64,000 nucleotides of DNA from Octopus vulgaris (Eukaryota). The notes beneath the pieces were generated by a model that made no database searches, was not told the DNA's origin, and saw nothing but the letters and a program-made list of their open reading frames with translations. Where the stretch lies: contig OX597816.1 in assembly GCA_951406725.2 (NCBI GenBank), positions 104,532,001-104,596,000 on the forward strand, given 5' to 3'. The position numbers and the translations under genes are program-made. This document shows, in pieces, positions 52,331-64,000 of this stretch; position 1 is the first letter of the stretch, and every line of letters begins with the position of its first letter.

Positions 52331-54092
52331 CTTACAGTACGAGGCTGTTATATAAACAAAAGATGGCTGTTAGTCTTTCCATAGGATTTGCACCTTTGTC
52401 CAGTGCGGTTCGACGTGAAAGATAAGGTGTTTACGCTAGTCATAAAAGAACTGGAGTGATCCGTGTAACAAGATAGTATGTCACTTTTCTCATTATGATT
52501 GGGATGGTTTTATACTCCAGCCTCTCTTTTGTGTTTGTAACTGTATAATTGTCTTATACTTATTCGTAACTCGTTTAATTTATCATATTATTAGTGGTGC
52601 TTACTAAAGTCTAGTGTTTCCAGGAGATACAAACGGTAAGCAATGTCAAATGACATACTTAACAACCACTTTGTAAAGTCTTGGGTTTCTTAATCATTAA
52701 TTGGTTTTTGTAGTCTCTTAAGTCCTTGCAGAATAAAATTCTTGTCTCCAAGAAGTAAGTTTTTCAAGCATTTATTTAACATGTACGATTATATTCTATG
52801 AAAAGATAAACTATGAATCTGTTGCGTTTAAGGTATTCCACTTCCTCGGTGTTGGGTGTTAATATGCAATGGGCTATATCAGCATATCGTTAGACAGCTC
52901 AGTATGTTACATAAGGAGTTATGGGGACAGATCATTTCCAAGTGTATATGAGTGAAAATGTGAAAGTCATTGACGAAACGGAAACACTGGTGTTTTGGAG
53001 AGTAATTACTATGTGTATTATTTGCTCCACCCAAGTTACACAGAAAATTCCTTGATGCGCTAAGCGTGGGATCTGCAAACATTTATGTAGTTCTTCACAA
53101 ATGCCATATAAAATATGTGCGTGAGTGTATAAGTCTATCTATATATATATATATGTGTACATGTTTGTGTGTGTGTGTGTGTGTCTGTGTATGTTCGTGT
53201 GCGTGCTTGTGTGTGTGTCCGTGTGTATGCGTGCGTTTGTGTATACGTGCGTATACATATATAAGTAGACACAAGTGGAATTCGAAATAGTGTCCTCATT
53301 GTAGCTTGTTGTAATGCAACTCTTTCCTCCGCAGTGCTTTCTACAGTTGCCGATAATATAGCCTATACATTCAACTCAGAGAAAGCTTAGAGTTTTTCAT
53401 TTTCACTGTAAGCTTCGGATTAATACTAATGCCACCTACTCTTGAGGGCACGTTAAAGTTATTTAAGATAACTCCAAGTCTATTTCTTTACTTGAACGAT
53501 AAACGGCTTAGTAAACATTGCTGGCACCATTAATCCCATCATATTTTCACTCCGAAGACATTTGTTCATGTGTTCTCAACTGACGTGCTCATCTTAATAT
53601 TTATGAATCAGAGAACGACGAAAAACATCACAAGCAGAAGTGAATAACCTCACAGCGAATATATAACCTGTGTAGTTCCAAAGAAAGACAGAGTAAGCTG
53701 CTACAAGCAGTATAACTTATAGATCCTGCTAGCAGTCGCCTTCATCTCTTCATTCATTTCTTATTTCTTAAATACATGATGTCTCGAGCAACTTAGATCG
53801 ATTTCCGATCAAAAATGGTTGCAGCTGTTGCACTACATTCAATTTTTTTCCAATTTCAAGTACAATAATAAATATACACATACGCGTTATACACTTACAC
53901 AAACACGCGTATACGAAATACACACACGCGGACAAAGAGATATACAAAGACAATACGAATGCAAACACACACACACACACGGCGAGGCTTCAGCATTAAC
54001 TGTAATGTTAAACCCAACAAATTGATCTTATGCTCAAAAAGAGGTAAAAAAACTATATAATTACATTTGCTATCACGCACACACATGCACAC

Positions 54093-54165
<73 letters not shown>

Positions 54166-55642
54166 CGTCCCTCTCCCACTTTTTTCTGCGTGCATATATA
54201 TATAGTGGGTGGCAATGCACATATTATACACGCATGGGATGCGTTTATCTCTTTGATACAGTGCTGCGGCGTCTGAATTGAAATCTATGACATTATACCT
54301 CGCATTGTAAAACAATCATACAGCAACTAACAAGCATTACACGTTCACATAGCATACACATACGTAAACTCACATATTTACACTAGCTCATTCACGTGTG
54401 TTGTATGTGTACTTATGTGAAAATACAAATCAAGTCTACAGTGAAATATAATAATTAATATGCCATTTATATTGTTTCAAGTTGCTTTTTACCACTGCTT
54501 CAATGAGTTTTACTTTGACATTGTACTTATGAAATATTTTATCAATTTATTAATAACACATTTCGTAAAAATCTTCTGGGCAATTTAGCATCGCTATTTT
54601 TTGTCTATGTTGTATTTATGTATGAGAACAGCATGCTACCAAGCAAGAACCCACGAAATTTCGATTTTTTTAAATACATATTTATTTTTTAATTTTTTTT
54701 TTTTAGTTGTCGTCCTTACATTTTTTTGCTTTTGCTAAATATTGTTTAAACAATGTTTGTCTTCCTTCAATGCGTACATAGAGTTGATAAATAGGAATTA
54801 TGATGCTCTGCTCAACACATGTTAGCACCTAATTCACTATTTAAATCTCGATTGCAATGCCTACAACAACATCAGAAAACATTTGCGTGACTGGATATAT
54901 TTCGGTTGCAACGAGCGCACTGGCTTTGTGATGTCACTCGATAATATTTTAACGTATTTTCTATGTCTTATCTTTTAAGAAGTTATTCCTTTTCCGGTAT
55001 ATGTTCACTTGTAATGTAATATGTTTATCCATTGACTAATCATTTAGTTTTCCTAAAAATTTGAGTTTTATTCATTTAGGCTTTCTTCCTCAGCCAAAAT
55101 TCTTTCCTCCTTGCCACGGACGTGTAACTTTCACTTCTTAATCTACTAATCTATTCAATCTATACAACAATAAGTACTGTTTGTTCAGTCTTGTTTCATT
55201 GGTTGGTTGATAGATCGATTCATTGTTTAATTGATTGATTAAGTTGTTGATTGATTAGTTAATCTATTGTATTCTCATTCTGGTATTTCTCCAACAAATT
55301 AGTTTAGAAAGAACATACATCTATCGTTCGAGCTGTGGAAGTAGCAAGCAAAACATCCTTAGAAATATAAAAATCATCACAAAAGGAGAATGATAAATTA
55401 GATAAGCTAGTACTACATACGCTACGACTTAAAGTAAAGAGGAGCTCCATCGTATCAGCCAAAATGATTTAAACCTTCAGTAACAATGTTCTAAATTATT
55501 ATTAAGTAAAATAACATATATTGGCAAAATAAACTAATTCTTTGTAGTTCAGAGATTTCTTGACATCTAGTTATTTTGACAGCAGAAACATGTCATACAG
55601 ATGGTAAATTAACTTATCTATGTATAAATACGTGTGTGTGTA

Positions 55643-55673
<31 letters not shown>

Positions 55674-57274
55674 ATGAGTGTGTGTGTGTGTGTGTGAGTG
55701 TGCGTGTGTGTTTGTGTGTGCGTGTGCTTGTGAGTGTGTATGCTTGTGTGTCCGCCTACCCCACTATAATATTAACTGCACGACATCTTAGAGTGTGCTC
55801 TTCCCAGACACTCTAAGGGTGCTGGGCAACCCCAGTTCATGACTCTTACTGCTTTCAAAAATCCATTCTCCAGTAGGATGTTTATAGATACGGATTTATT
55901 CACTTGTACTTTCAATTATGTGTACACATGCGTACACTTTCCCTCTTTCGTATGATTTAGACGATACTTTATAATATCTTTTAGTAATATAGTTTCATTG
56001 TCAGACGCAGATACATAACAGAATTGTAATCTTTCACAAAAGGCTATATTATCATTTTTTTCTTTGCTGTCTGTTTAGAAGTTTTGTGGCTTACAGTACT
56101 GTCCTTTACTTTGTTTTTCTCTCCTTTGTTCTCGACAATATATGGACCGAAGCGCTCAGTAGCCTATCTGTCCTTTTATGATGTGACAGTATATCATTAT
56201 AAGAAATATGTATTTTACATGCTTCTCAACTGAAACTTATTTGCTTTTTATATTATTTCCCGACTTGGCATCTTGGATTCCAGGCGCATTTCCATGACAT
56301 ATGAATACCAGCCAAGCAGCCATATATTTTAATTGCTGTATTTTCTTCATTTATGCTCTACTCTTTGGTTTTCAACATTTCCTTCATTAACTGAGCTGAG
56401 GGAATTATTGATCTCTACTTTTTGCCAAAAAAAATATGTATAAAATATAAAATGAAAATTGAAAACTTTCCTTCTTTGTTATTGTTGTTTTCTTTTTACC
56501 TACCTTGCTGAACACTAAGTGTGTCTGCTGGTGTTTTACAAATCTCTATCATTCAACAAATTCTGTCGGCCTATTTTTCAACGTAGCCAAACGACCACAA
56601 ACAGAGATTTTTTTAAACATTTTTAGTTATATACCATATTTTGATACTATTGTTTTGATTAATATCCCCGTTAGATTCCACAAGATACCAAACAATTATT
56701 CCCAACTAAGCACCTGCTTTATCTTCAACACTGACAGTCAATTTCTTCTAATTGACTAGTTTACTGTAGCTCAGTTTATTGTATATCATTGGAAATAGAC
56801 ACCATAGTTAAAGCGATGCCTTCAAGTGGGCATTCAATGGATAAGATTCAACAGAGATCATTCACCCCAACTTGCAAGCAAGTACAGCTGAGAATCATTG
56901 CTAATCTGATAGGAAATTAAGACAAGCACAACTAAGTTTACATAATCATATAAGTTTATGTCCAGTATCAAATGCATCGCAATTATGAAGAAACAAATAT
57001 GTGTGTGTTTATAAATATCTATATACATATATATCTATTTTAGCCCTCGGGCTAAAAGATTTTTAAGGATTTATGGATATGCATATATATATAAACTTAG
57101 GTATAAGTGTGTATGAATACATGTGCATATATATGCATATATACATATGTGTATATATGTGTATATATATGCATATATATGTATGCGTGAGTGTGTGTGT
57201 CTGCATGGGCGTCTCCGTGTGTGTATGCGTGCGTATAACGAAATTTTATACAGTACATTTCGAGAAATATATAC

Positions 57275-57440
57275 ACTTTTACTCTTTTGTTTAATTCAGT
57301 CACTTGACTAGAGCACCTTAGCATAGGGTTAGTCGATCAAATCGATCCCAGTACTGATTTTAAGTCTGGTATTATTCTTTTGAACCGCTAAGTTTTGCCG
57401 ACTTAAATAATCCGTCAGTGAATGTAAAGTGTGGAGAAAA
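57275..57440 (-). mobile_element. SINE family A, degenerate 3' half
   Basis: TTTTACTCTTTTGTTT...TTAGTCGATCAAATCGATCCCAG...GAACCGCTAAGTT. Confidence 0.65.
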
Positions 57441-57849
57441 CACATGTAATAAGTTTCATAAAACTACAACTTGAAGTCCAAAATATGATTAGAAAAGCAA
57501 CTCGTGGTAATCATGGAGATGAAATGACGAATGCTTTCCGGTCTTCAACAGAAAGTTTAACAATATTATTAATGCATGCATCCAGAAAAGGGCGCTTCTT
57601 TTGTGAGTTATCGAAATTATAGACATCGGTAGACAGTAGAAGATGCTTCATGTGATGATGGCTTTTCAAAAGAGTATTTTAGTATAAGCAGATAATAACA
57701 CGTGGCAGGGAATATAAAAATAACCTAAGAATATTTGCGATTTACTATTTTGATAACAATAACCGTAACGTCTAAAATAGTTTGGGGCCGACGAATGGTT
57801 TGTGAGCGAATTCGATAGATGATAATTGTTTCGAAGTCTGTCTGATAAA

Positions 57850-58110
57850 CACATTTACATGCATATATTTGTGTATGTCCTTTGAATGCATTTGTCCCCA
57901 CCACGACCACGACCACCATCAACATCGACACCCCTACTTGACAACCGGCGCTGGCTTGTTTTTGTCCCTGTAGCTTAGCTATTCGGTACTAGACCAAGAG
58001 AATATGTACCCGACTTTAAAAAATATAAGAACGAGGGTCGATCTGTAACACTAAAACCTTTGAAGGTGGTGCTTTAGGATGGCAGTAGTCAAATGACTGA
58101 AAAAAGTAAA
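57850..58110 (+). mobile_element. SINE family A, 3' half
   Basis: CTTGACAACCGGCGCTGG...GGGTCGATCTG...GTCAAATGACTGAAA. Confidence 0.7.
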
Positions 58111-58144
58111 ACATATATGAGAGAGAGAGAGTGTGTGTGTGTGC

Positions 58145-58208
<64 letters not shown>

Positions 58209-58611
58209 ACACGCGCGTATGTGTGTTTACACGCAATATGCCCGAATATTAAAGAAGTTTCCTTTGCAACCATAAATGATTCGATTTTGTAACCAGATTC
58301 GATGTTACTGAGTGACATCTTGAAGAAATACGCTTTTCTAGAAAGTGAAGTTCAGCCTTTAGTTTGTCAGTGAAACTAGGGGACATAAACTGTATAAATG
58401 ACGATCGTGTGTATTGTACTTGTAATGTGAAAAGCACAAAGCCACGCAGTGAGTCAAACTAATTTATACTGAGAATTATACTTCAAAGATACACCCCTAT
58501 ATGGAATGCACCGTGACTTACACTGTCATTTAGATTCGGGTAATTCAGTAGAATTTAATGAACCGATCTCTAGTCTTTAGACGAGGGATGCCTAAAACTA
58601 TACACACACTC

Positions 58612-58688
<77 letters not shown>

Positions 58689-58691
<3 letters not shown>

Positions 58692-59019
58692 GAGTAGTTG
58701 AATGAATTATCTTATTATGGATAATTCGGTTAACCGATACCTGGGTAGCAAATTCACGTCAGAAAAACACGGTTGAAGCTACATGCCTAGGGCAGAGATC
58801 ACGTGCTATCGTGTGTAAATTTGTGTGTTTTTTTTTAAATACAAATAAATGAAAGAATGGAGTTGAACGACGAATTAACAAGATTCCTTTATTTTATTTT
58901 CGACATATGTTTCGAAGGCTGCATATTCCTAATTTCGAAGGAATAAAGGGTGCATTATGCCGCCTTCTCATCAGGAAAAGCAAGGAACTTATGTCAGCAT
59001 CAAGATGTCAGCATCTTAC

Positions 59020-59026
<7 letters not shown>
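58689..59026 (-). mobile_element. Penelope-like pseudo-LTR / retrozyme-like unit inserted in (TA)n
   Basis: About 340 bp non-coding island with long (TA)n on both sides; contains a hammerhead followed by AATAAA on the minus strand. Confidence 0.7.
58897..58979 (-). ncRNA. Canonical minimal type I hammerhead ribozyme
   Basis: UUUUC-CUGAUGA-GAAGGC[...]GCCUUC-GAA-ACAUAUGU-C-GAAAA: perfect core, 5-bp stem I, 6-bp stem II with extension, palindromic stem III, GUC site (predicted cut between 58902 and 58901). Confidence 0.88.
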
Positions 59027-59067
<41 letters not shown>

Positions 59068-59452
59068 AATACTAACAATAATGTTATCGTCAATGACGGT
59101 GATCAATATAACAATGGTACTAATAATTGTAGGTTTATGAAAACACCTGTTCAATTCTAAATAGCCTAAGGTATATAAAGGATCCTGCTCTATGGAAACT
59201 CTTAGTTTCTATAAGAAAATATTTCATTACTCTGGAGATCCACTCCTACATTCACTTATTCAATTATCCATATGTACGGTATTGTGCGTGTGTACACATG
59301 TAACTATGTGATACGTAGATGTGTTATGTATCACAGGTCTACATACACACATACGTATATGTACGTTTGTGTGTGCCAGAGTTACGATATAGATATATGG
59401 TATGTACTTGTCTGTGTCTATATATATATATATATTGGTAAATGCTTAGAAT

Positions 59453-59691
<239 letters not shown>

Positions 59692-60815
59692 GTGTATGTA
59701 CATAGGTAGTTAGGTAGATGGGGAAATGAGTAGTTAATATAAGAAGGTAGGCGATGTAGGTGGGTAGGTTGGTTAATAAGTAGGTATATGGATAGGTAGG
59801 GAGGTTAGTTGAGACGTAGATTAACTTAACAAATCGCATACGGATGAAAAGGGAGAAGTTATATTCGCCGAGAGACTCATTTAGTCAATGAAAAGATAAT
59901 AGAAGTAAAACTGCTAGTATTTAATTACATCTGTCAGTGCTTCAAAGAAGAAATAATCTCTGAGAAGAGTGCTTTCTCCTGGTTTCTGTTGTGTTCATGT
60001 GAAAGCGATTAGAAGTTTGGATGAACCGTCTCATATAAGTCTTGTATATAATCTCCATTTACCTTCGGAAAAAGTTTGTTAATTCTAAATAATCTACTAA
60101 TTATAGTCTGATGTGCCAAATCAGCTGGAAACAGTAATGCACAAACATACAACCCTCTCATTCTACATATACATGCGTGTGCGCATATTCGTAAATGCAT
60201 ACTAATATATACGGATGTCTTTTCCGCATTCTCGGTATGTTAACTTCTTTAGCGGGTTAAGATATTTAAGCTCTGGATACAGATTTAGAATATCCCTGCT
60301 TATACTTCTAGTTTATTACTATCAGGAGCTTTATCGACCCGTATGGTCGAAGATATGAGAGTTAAAAAAAAAAAAATATGTTCAGTAAAAGTGAAAGATA
60401 AAAAGTGAGTGAATTAGAGAGGTTGATCATGTGTCAGGTCTCAAAAGGGATGTTACTACCCATGAAAGGGCCATGTGAGTATTTGCAATTCTAATCGTAC
60501 CGTGATGGTATCAATCGTGATGGTTTCAGAGGATCTGCGAAGGCTATAGGTGCATTGTTTTCTTCCAAGCCAAACCAGGAAATATAAAGATAGCATTGAG
60601 ATATGAAAATAAAAGGCTGTTGAAAGACAATTCACTTACATTCCATCATCAGCTTTAAGCCTTATTCTAGACCCAAACGCTTAACTTAATAATAGCAATG
60701 TGAGAGTTTCTGCGAAGTCATTCAACGATCAACAGATATTTTCCAATTATTATAATAATTAGATAATAAGTATTGTTATTATTATTATTGTTATTATTAC
60801 TGGTCATATTGTTGC

Positions 60816-60874
<59 letters not shown>

Positions 60875-60886
60875 GTAGTAGTAGTA

Positions 60887-61475
60887 TTATTGCCTTTGCA
60901 CAGCTTCTAACGCTGGAAATGTATTACAGTATCAGCTGTTCACTACCAGTAGCACCTTCCGGAGTATTCGAGCAGTCCAAGCAGTGCTGTTTTCTACAAG
61001 TGCTCCACCCTTATTACATCCCCTACTTGTTCCCTGTACTTCTCGACATGTTTGCTCACTGCTCCCAGGGCTCCGGGAATTATTGGTACTACTGCTACCT
61101 TTTTCATCTACTACAACTGCTTAACTTCCCAAGCTAACCTCTCATATCTCTCGACTTTTCTTTCTTCATTATCGCATACCTTGTTTTCAGCTGGGCATGC
61201 TATATCTATGATACAGCATAGTTTATTTCCTTCTCAATTAAGACTATGTCCGGCTTCCTATTCTCAATTTCGTGGTCGCACTGAATCATAAAATCCCATA
61301 GGATCTTTGCATTTCAATTTTCAATGGTGCCATCAGGTTTGTGGTTGTACCAATTTTTTGCTCTGTCAAGACCATACTTGTTGCAAAGTGTCCAATGGAT
61401 AAGCCTGGCTATATTGTCGTGGCATCTCTAATATTCCTTCTGGGCTAGTGGCGTACATTTGCTGGTAATATGCCA
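60887..61475 (-). mobile_element. 5'-truncated RLE (R4/Dong-like) LINE 3' end abutting (TAA)n
   Basis: CTPLAQKEY*RCHDNIARLIHW, WYNHKPD, KILWDFMIQCDHEIENRKPDIVLIEKE, VAVVPIIPGALG. Confidence 0.87.
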
Positions 61476-61663
61476 AATTTCAGGCCTTGTGTTTATAATC
61501 GAAAGGTTTATTATTATTGTAGACACCGCACAGTATATAATATTGTGAGGTTATTGATTGAAGATATTGTGTACACCAGAAGTTTGTACTATTTATCAAG
61601 TCGCAACAAGGACCTCAGACTGACAGTACTTTCCGAAAAATGCGTGCTGTTCCAAGTAATGTC

Positions 61664-61868
61664 GGGGGCTTGCTGGTAGGATTGTTAGCACGCCGGGCGA
61701 AGCGGTATTTCGTCTGCTGCAACGTTCTGAGTTTAAATTGCGCCGAGGTCGATTTCGCCTTTCATCTTTTCGGGGTCGATTAAATAAGAACCAATTACGC
61801 AGTGAGGTCGATGTAATCGACTTAATCCCTTCCCCAAAAGTTGAGGCCTTGTGCTCCCATTAGAAAGG

Positions 61869-61870
<2 letters not shown>
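61664..61870 (+). mobile_element. SINE family B with (ATT)n tail to about 61960
   Basis: GTTAGCACGCCGGGCGAA...GCCGAGGTCGATTTCGCCTTTCATC...CTTGTGCTCCCATTAGAAAGGATTATT. Confidence 0.88.
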
Positions 61871-61927
<57 letters not shown>

Positions 61928-62642
61928 AATTATTATTATCATTATTATCATCATTATCATCAACACTGGGCAAAAGTACGTATATTTCGATGTAAAAATA
62001 CTTAATCATTTTAATTTCATATTTTATGGTATATACCTATACAATCTTCCCTGTGACAAACCATTTCGTTTTTTTCTCTCAGATATGGTATAGCTCAGGC
62101 TAGATTAGCTAATATGTTCTTAATTTTTAAAATGACAGAAGAGTATGATCCGAGAAAGATTTGTATGTTGCCGTTTAAAGATTAAGACATGACACCTCAA
62201 AGTACCTATCATTGATTGTAATACTCACATGTTCATTTTGTTAATAGAACAAGAGAATTTACTTATTTTAGATATATTAGAATTCGTGAAGCTGAAGTTC
62301 CATCCTTTAGCATGTATTATATTAACTAACGATATATACTTTAGTTACTGCCCCACTGAAAACAGGATCCCTTCATAACATATTGATGTTTCGTCTTTCT
62401 CAATCAATAGAGGTCACTATCACTTTAAATTTCATATTTCTTTTGTGTATAGCATACTTGATAACAATATGACAATATTGATTCTTTGATGAGATCCAAA
62501 ACGTAATCATTCTTCTAGCTTTGTATATTTCCTGCCTAGATTCAATGCGACCAAGTGGATAAATATATCGATCAGGTATTCTGAGGTAGTATCTTGTTCT
62601 TTGATACTTCAGCTATTTAATCAAGATAATCAACTTTAGAGA

Positions 62643-62695
<53 letters not shown>

Positions 62696-64000
62696 TTATG
62701 CTTACCATTTAAAAGAAATTACCAGCTTTTATTAAATGTTATTTCGTGTATATAAATTTATGTACAAGTTGAGTCTATTATGAATATCGAGTAAAGTTTA
62801 AATATTTATCTTGTATGTCGTATAAACATATAAATAATACGAAGCAATTTCATACACCTATCTTGTACAATAAAAATTGAGCAATACTGTTCGGCTACTT
62901 TACATCTATTAATTTGCTTCACATTTAAATAATACTGATTGTTTTATAGCGTCTACTACATTAGCTGAAGTTAGTAAAATAAACAGATATTTGCTTCATT
63001 TATTTCGATTACTCTACGACATGCATTTGATATAGGTAAATTATAAGCATAGAGAACATTCTGAATCTAAAATAAAAGACATTGTAATCAGCCATTTGCT
63101 TTGGTATTTTAATGGATCAATATAGTTCTATTTAAAGTCATTTTATGAGGATTCTAATCGATAAATTTACTTAGAACATAATTGTGCTTAGCTACTGCAA
63201 TTTTCTCACACTGTCTCCAAATTCGGGGCTATTTCTGAAATTTAAGAATAGGTTGGCTATAAACAGAATAACCAAATGAAACAGAGGAAATGAATTCGTA
63301 ACAACATTTCACTAAGACATTATTTGATATTAATTACTAATTAACGGGAAATATTTTTATAATAATTAATTATGCCGCTAGTCTATTAAGATAAGAGTTC
63401 AATAGACAGACTGGAAATGCCAAACTAGTTTCAATCTGTCTAATAATATTACATTTTCATTATAATCTATTGATAGCAGACGGCACTTTTGTAACAATTT
63501 AATTCCCCGTTTTCTTATCTAGAAGCCATTTTCTATGAGGTCAAAGTTAAAATTAACATTCATTGTCATTCCCTGTTTTATTACAGCAGTATATCATTGT
63601 ATGTCCATAAGCTATATAAGGGTGCCATGTCATGATACATCTTTTCTAGTGGAAGAAATTATGTTATAAATTCCGGGAATAAAATACTAGAATTTTACTT
63701 CAGAATGGGATTGCAGTTGTCATAAAACTACTTTAGCAGAAACTGTAAATAGAGTCGAGATGATTTTAAGCAGGATTCAAAAAGGGTTCAACACTATTTA
63801 CAATGTTGTAGTCTCCAGTGCACATAGAAAGAGTTTTCTTGGGAGTATTGTAACTTGGAAAATGAATGATTTTTCAAACAGGTATGATGAAATCTTCCAC
63901 AATATGAAATGACTTACTAACCTCCACTTTTTTAATGATTTTTTAATAAAACCAAATTTTACAAAATATTTGAAAGAATTATAGCGTAGTCTATTCAAGA

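Noticed and set aside
55787-57058. Small 9-10 bp hairpins (55787-55817, about 57038-57057; also near 48230-48255 and 63403-63442)
   Set aside because: Too short to distinguish from background in 64 kb.
60063-60124. Possible 62-nt minus-strand exon (DLAHQTIISRLFRINKLFPK) with AG/GT ends
   Set aside because: Short enough to arise by chance; no recognisable homology and no partner exons.

Overview
AT-rich eukaryotic non-coding DNA (intergenic or large-intron). The repeat repertoire resembles an octopod cephalopod genome, which is an inference. No intact host gene, rRNA, functional tRNA or CRISPR array is supported, and most ORFs in the track are translations of (TA)n/(TG)n/(TTA)n/(GATA)n microsatellites. 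Mobile elements present: three tRNA-headed SINE families plus an older dispersed repeat; a full-length but dead DD34D mariner (6154-7403); a dead DD37D/maT transposase (about 37000-38054); five 5'-truncated RLE-type (R4/Dong-like) LINE 3' ends, four of them abutting (TAA)n; MITE/Helentron-like elements; and a tRNA-Lys(CTT) relic. The most notable signal is four sequence-unrelated short non-coding units, each embedded in dinucleotide microsatellites and each carrying a type I hammerhead ribozyme fold followed by a poly(A)-signal-like hexamer (Penelope-like pseudo-LTR or retrozyme-like). One is a textbook minimal hammerhead (58897-58979, minus). One is a fold-back that encodes a hammerhead on both strands (12431-12557). 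One lies in an inverted, permuted unit (44129-44669). A degraded coding relic at about 50750-52330 tentatively resembles a class III viral/env glycoprotein.
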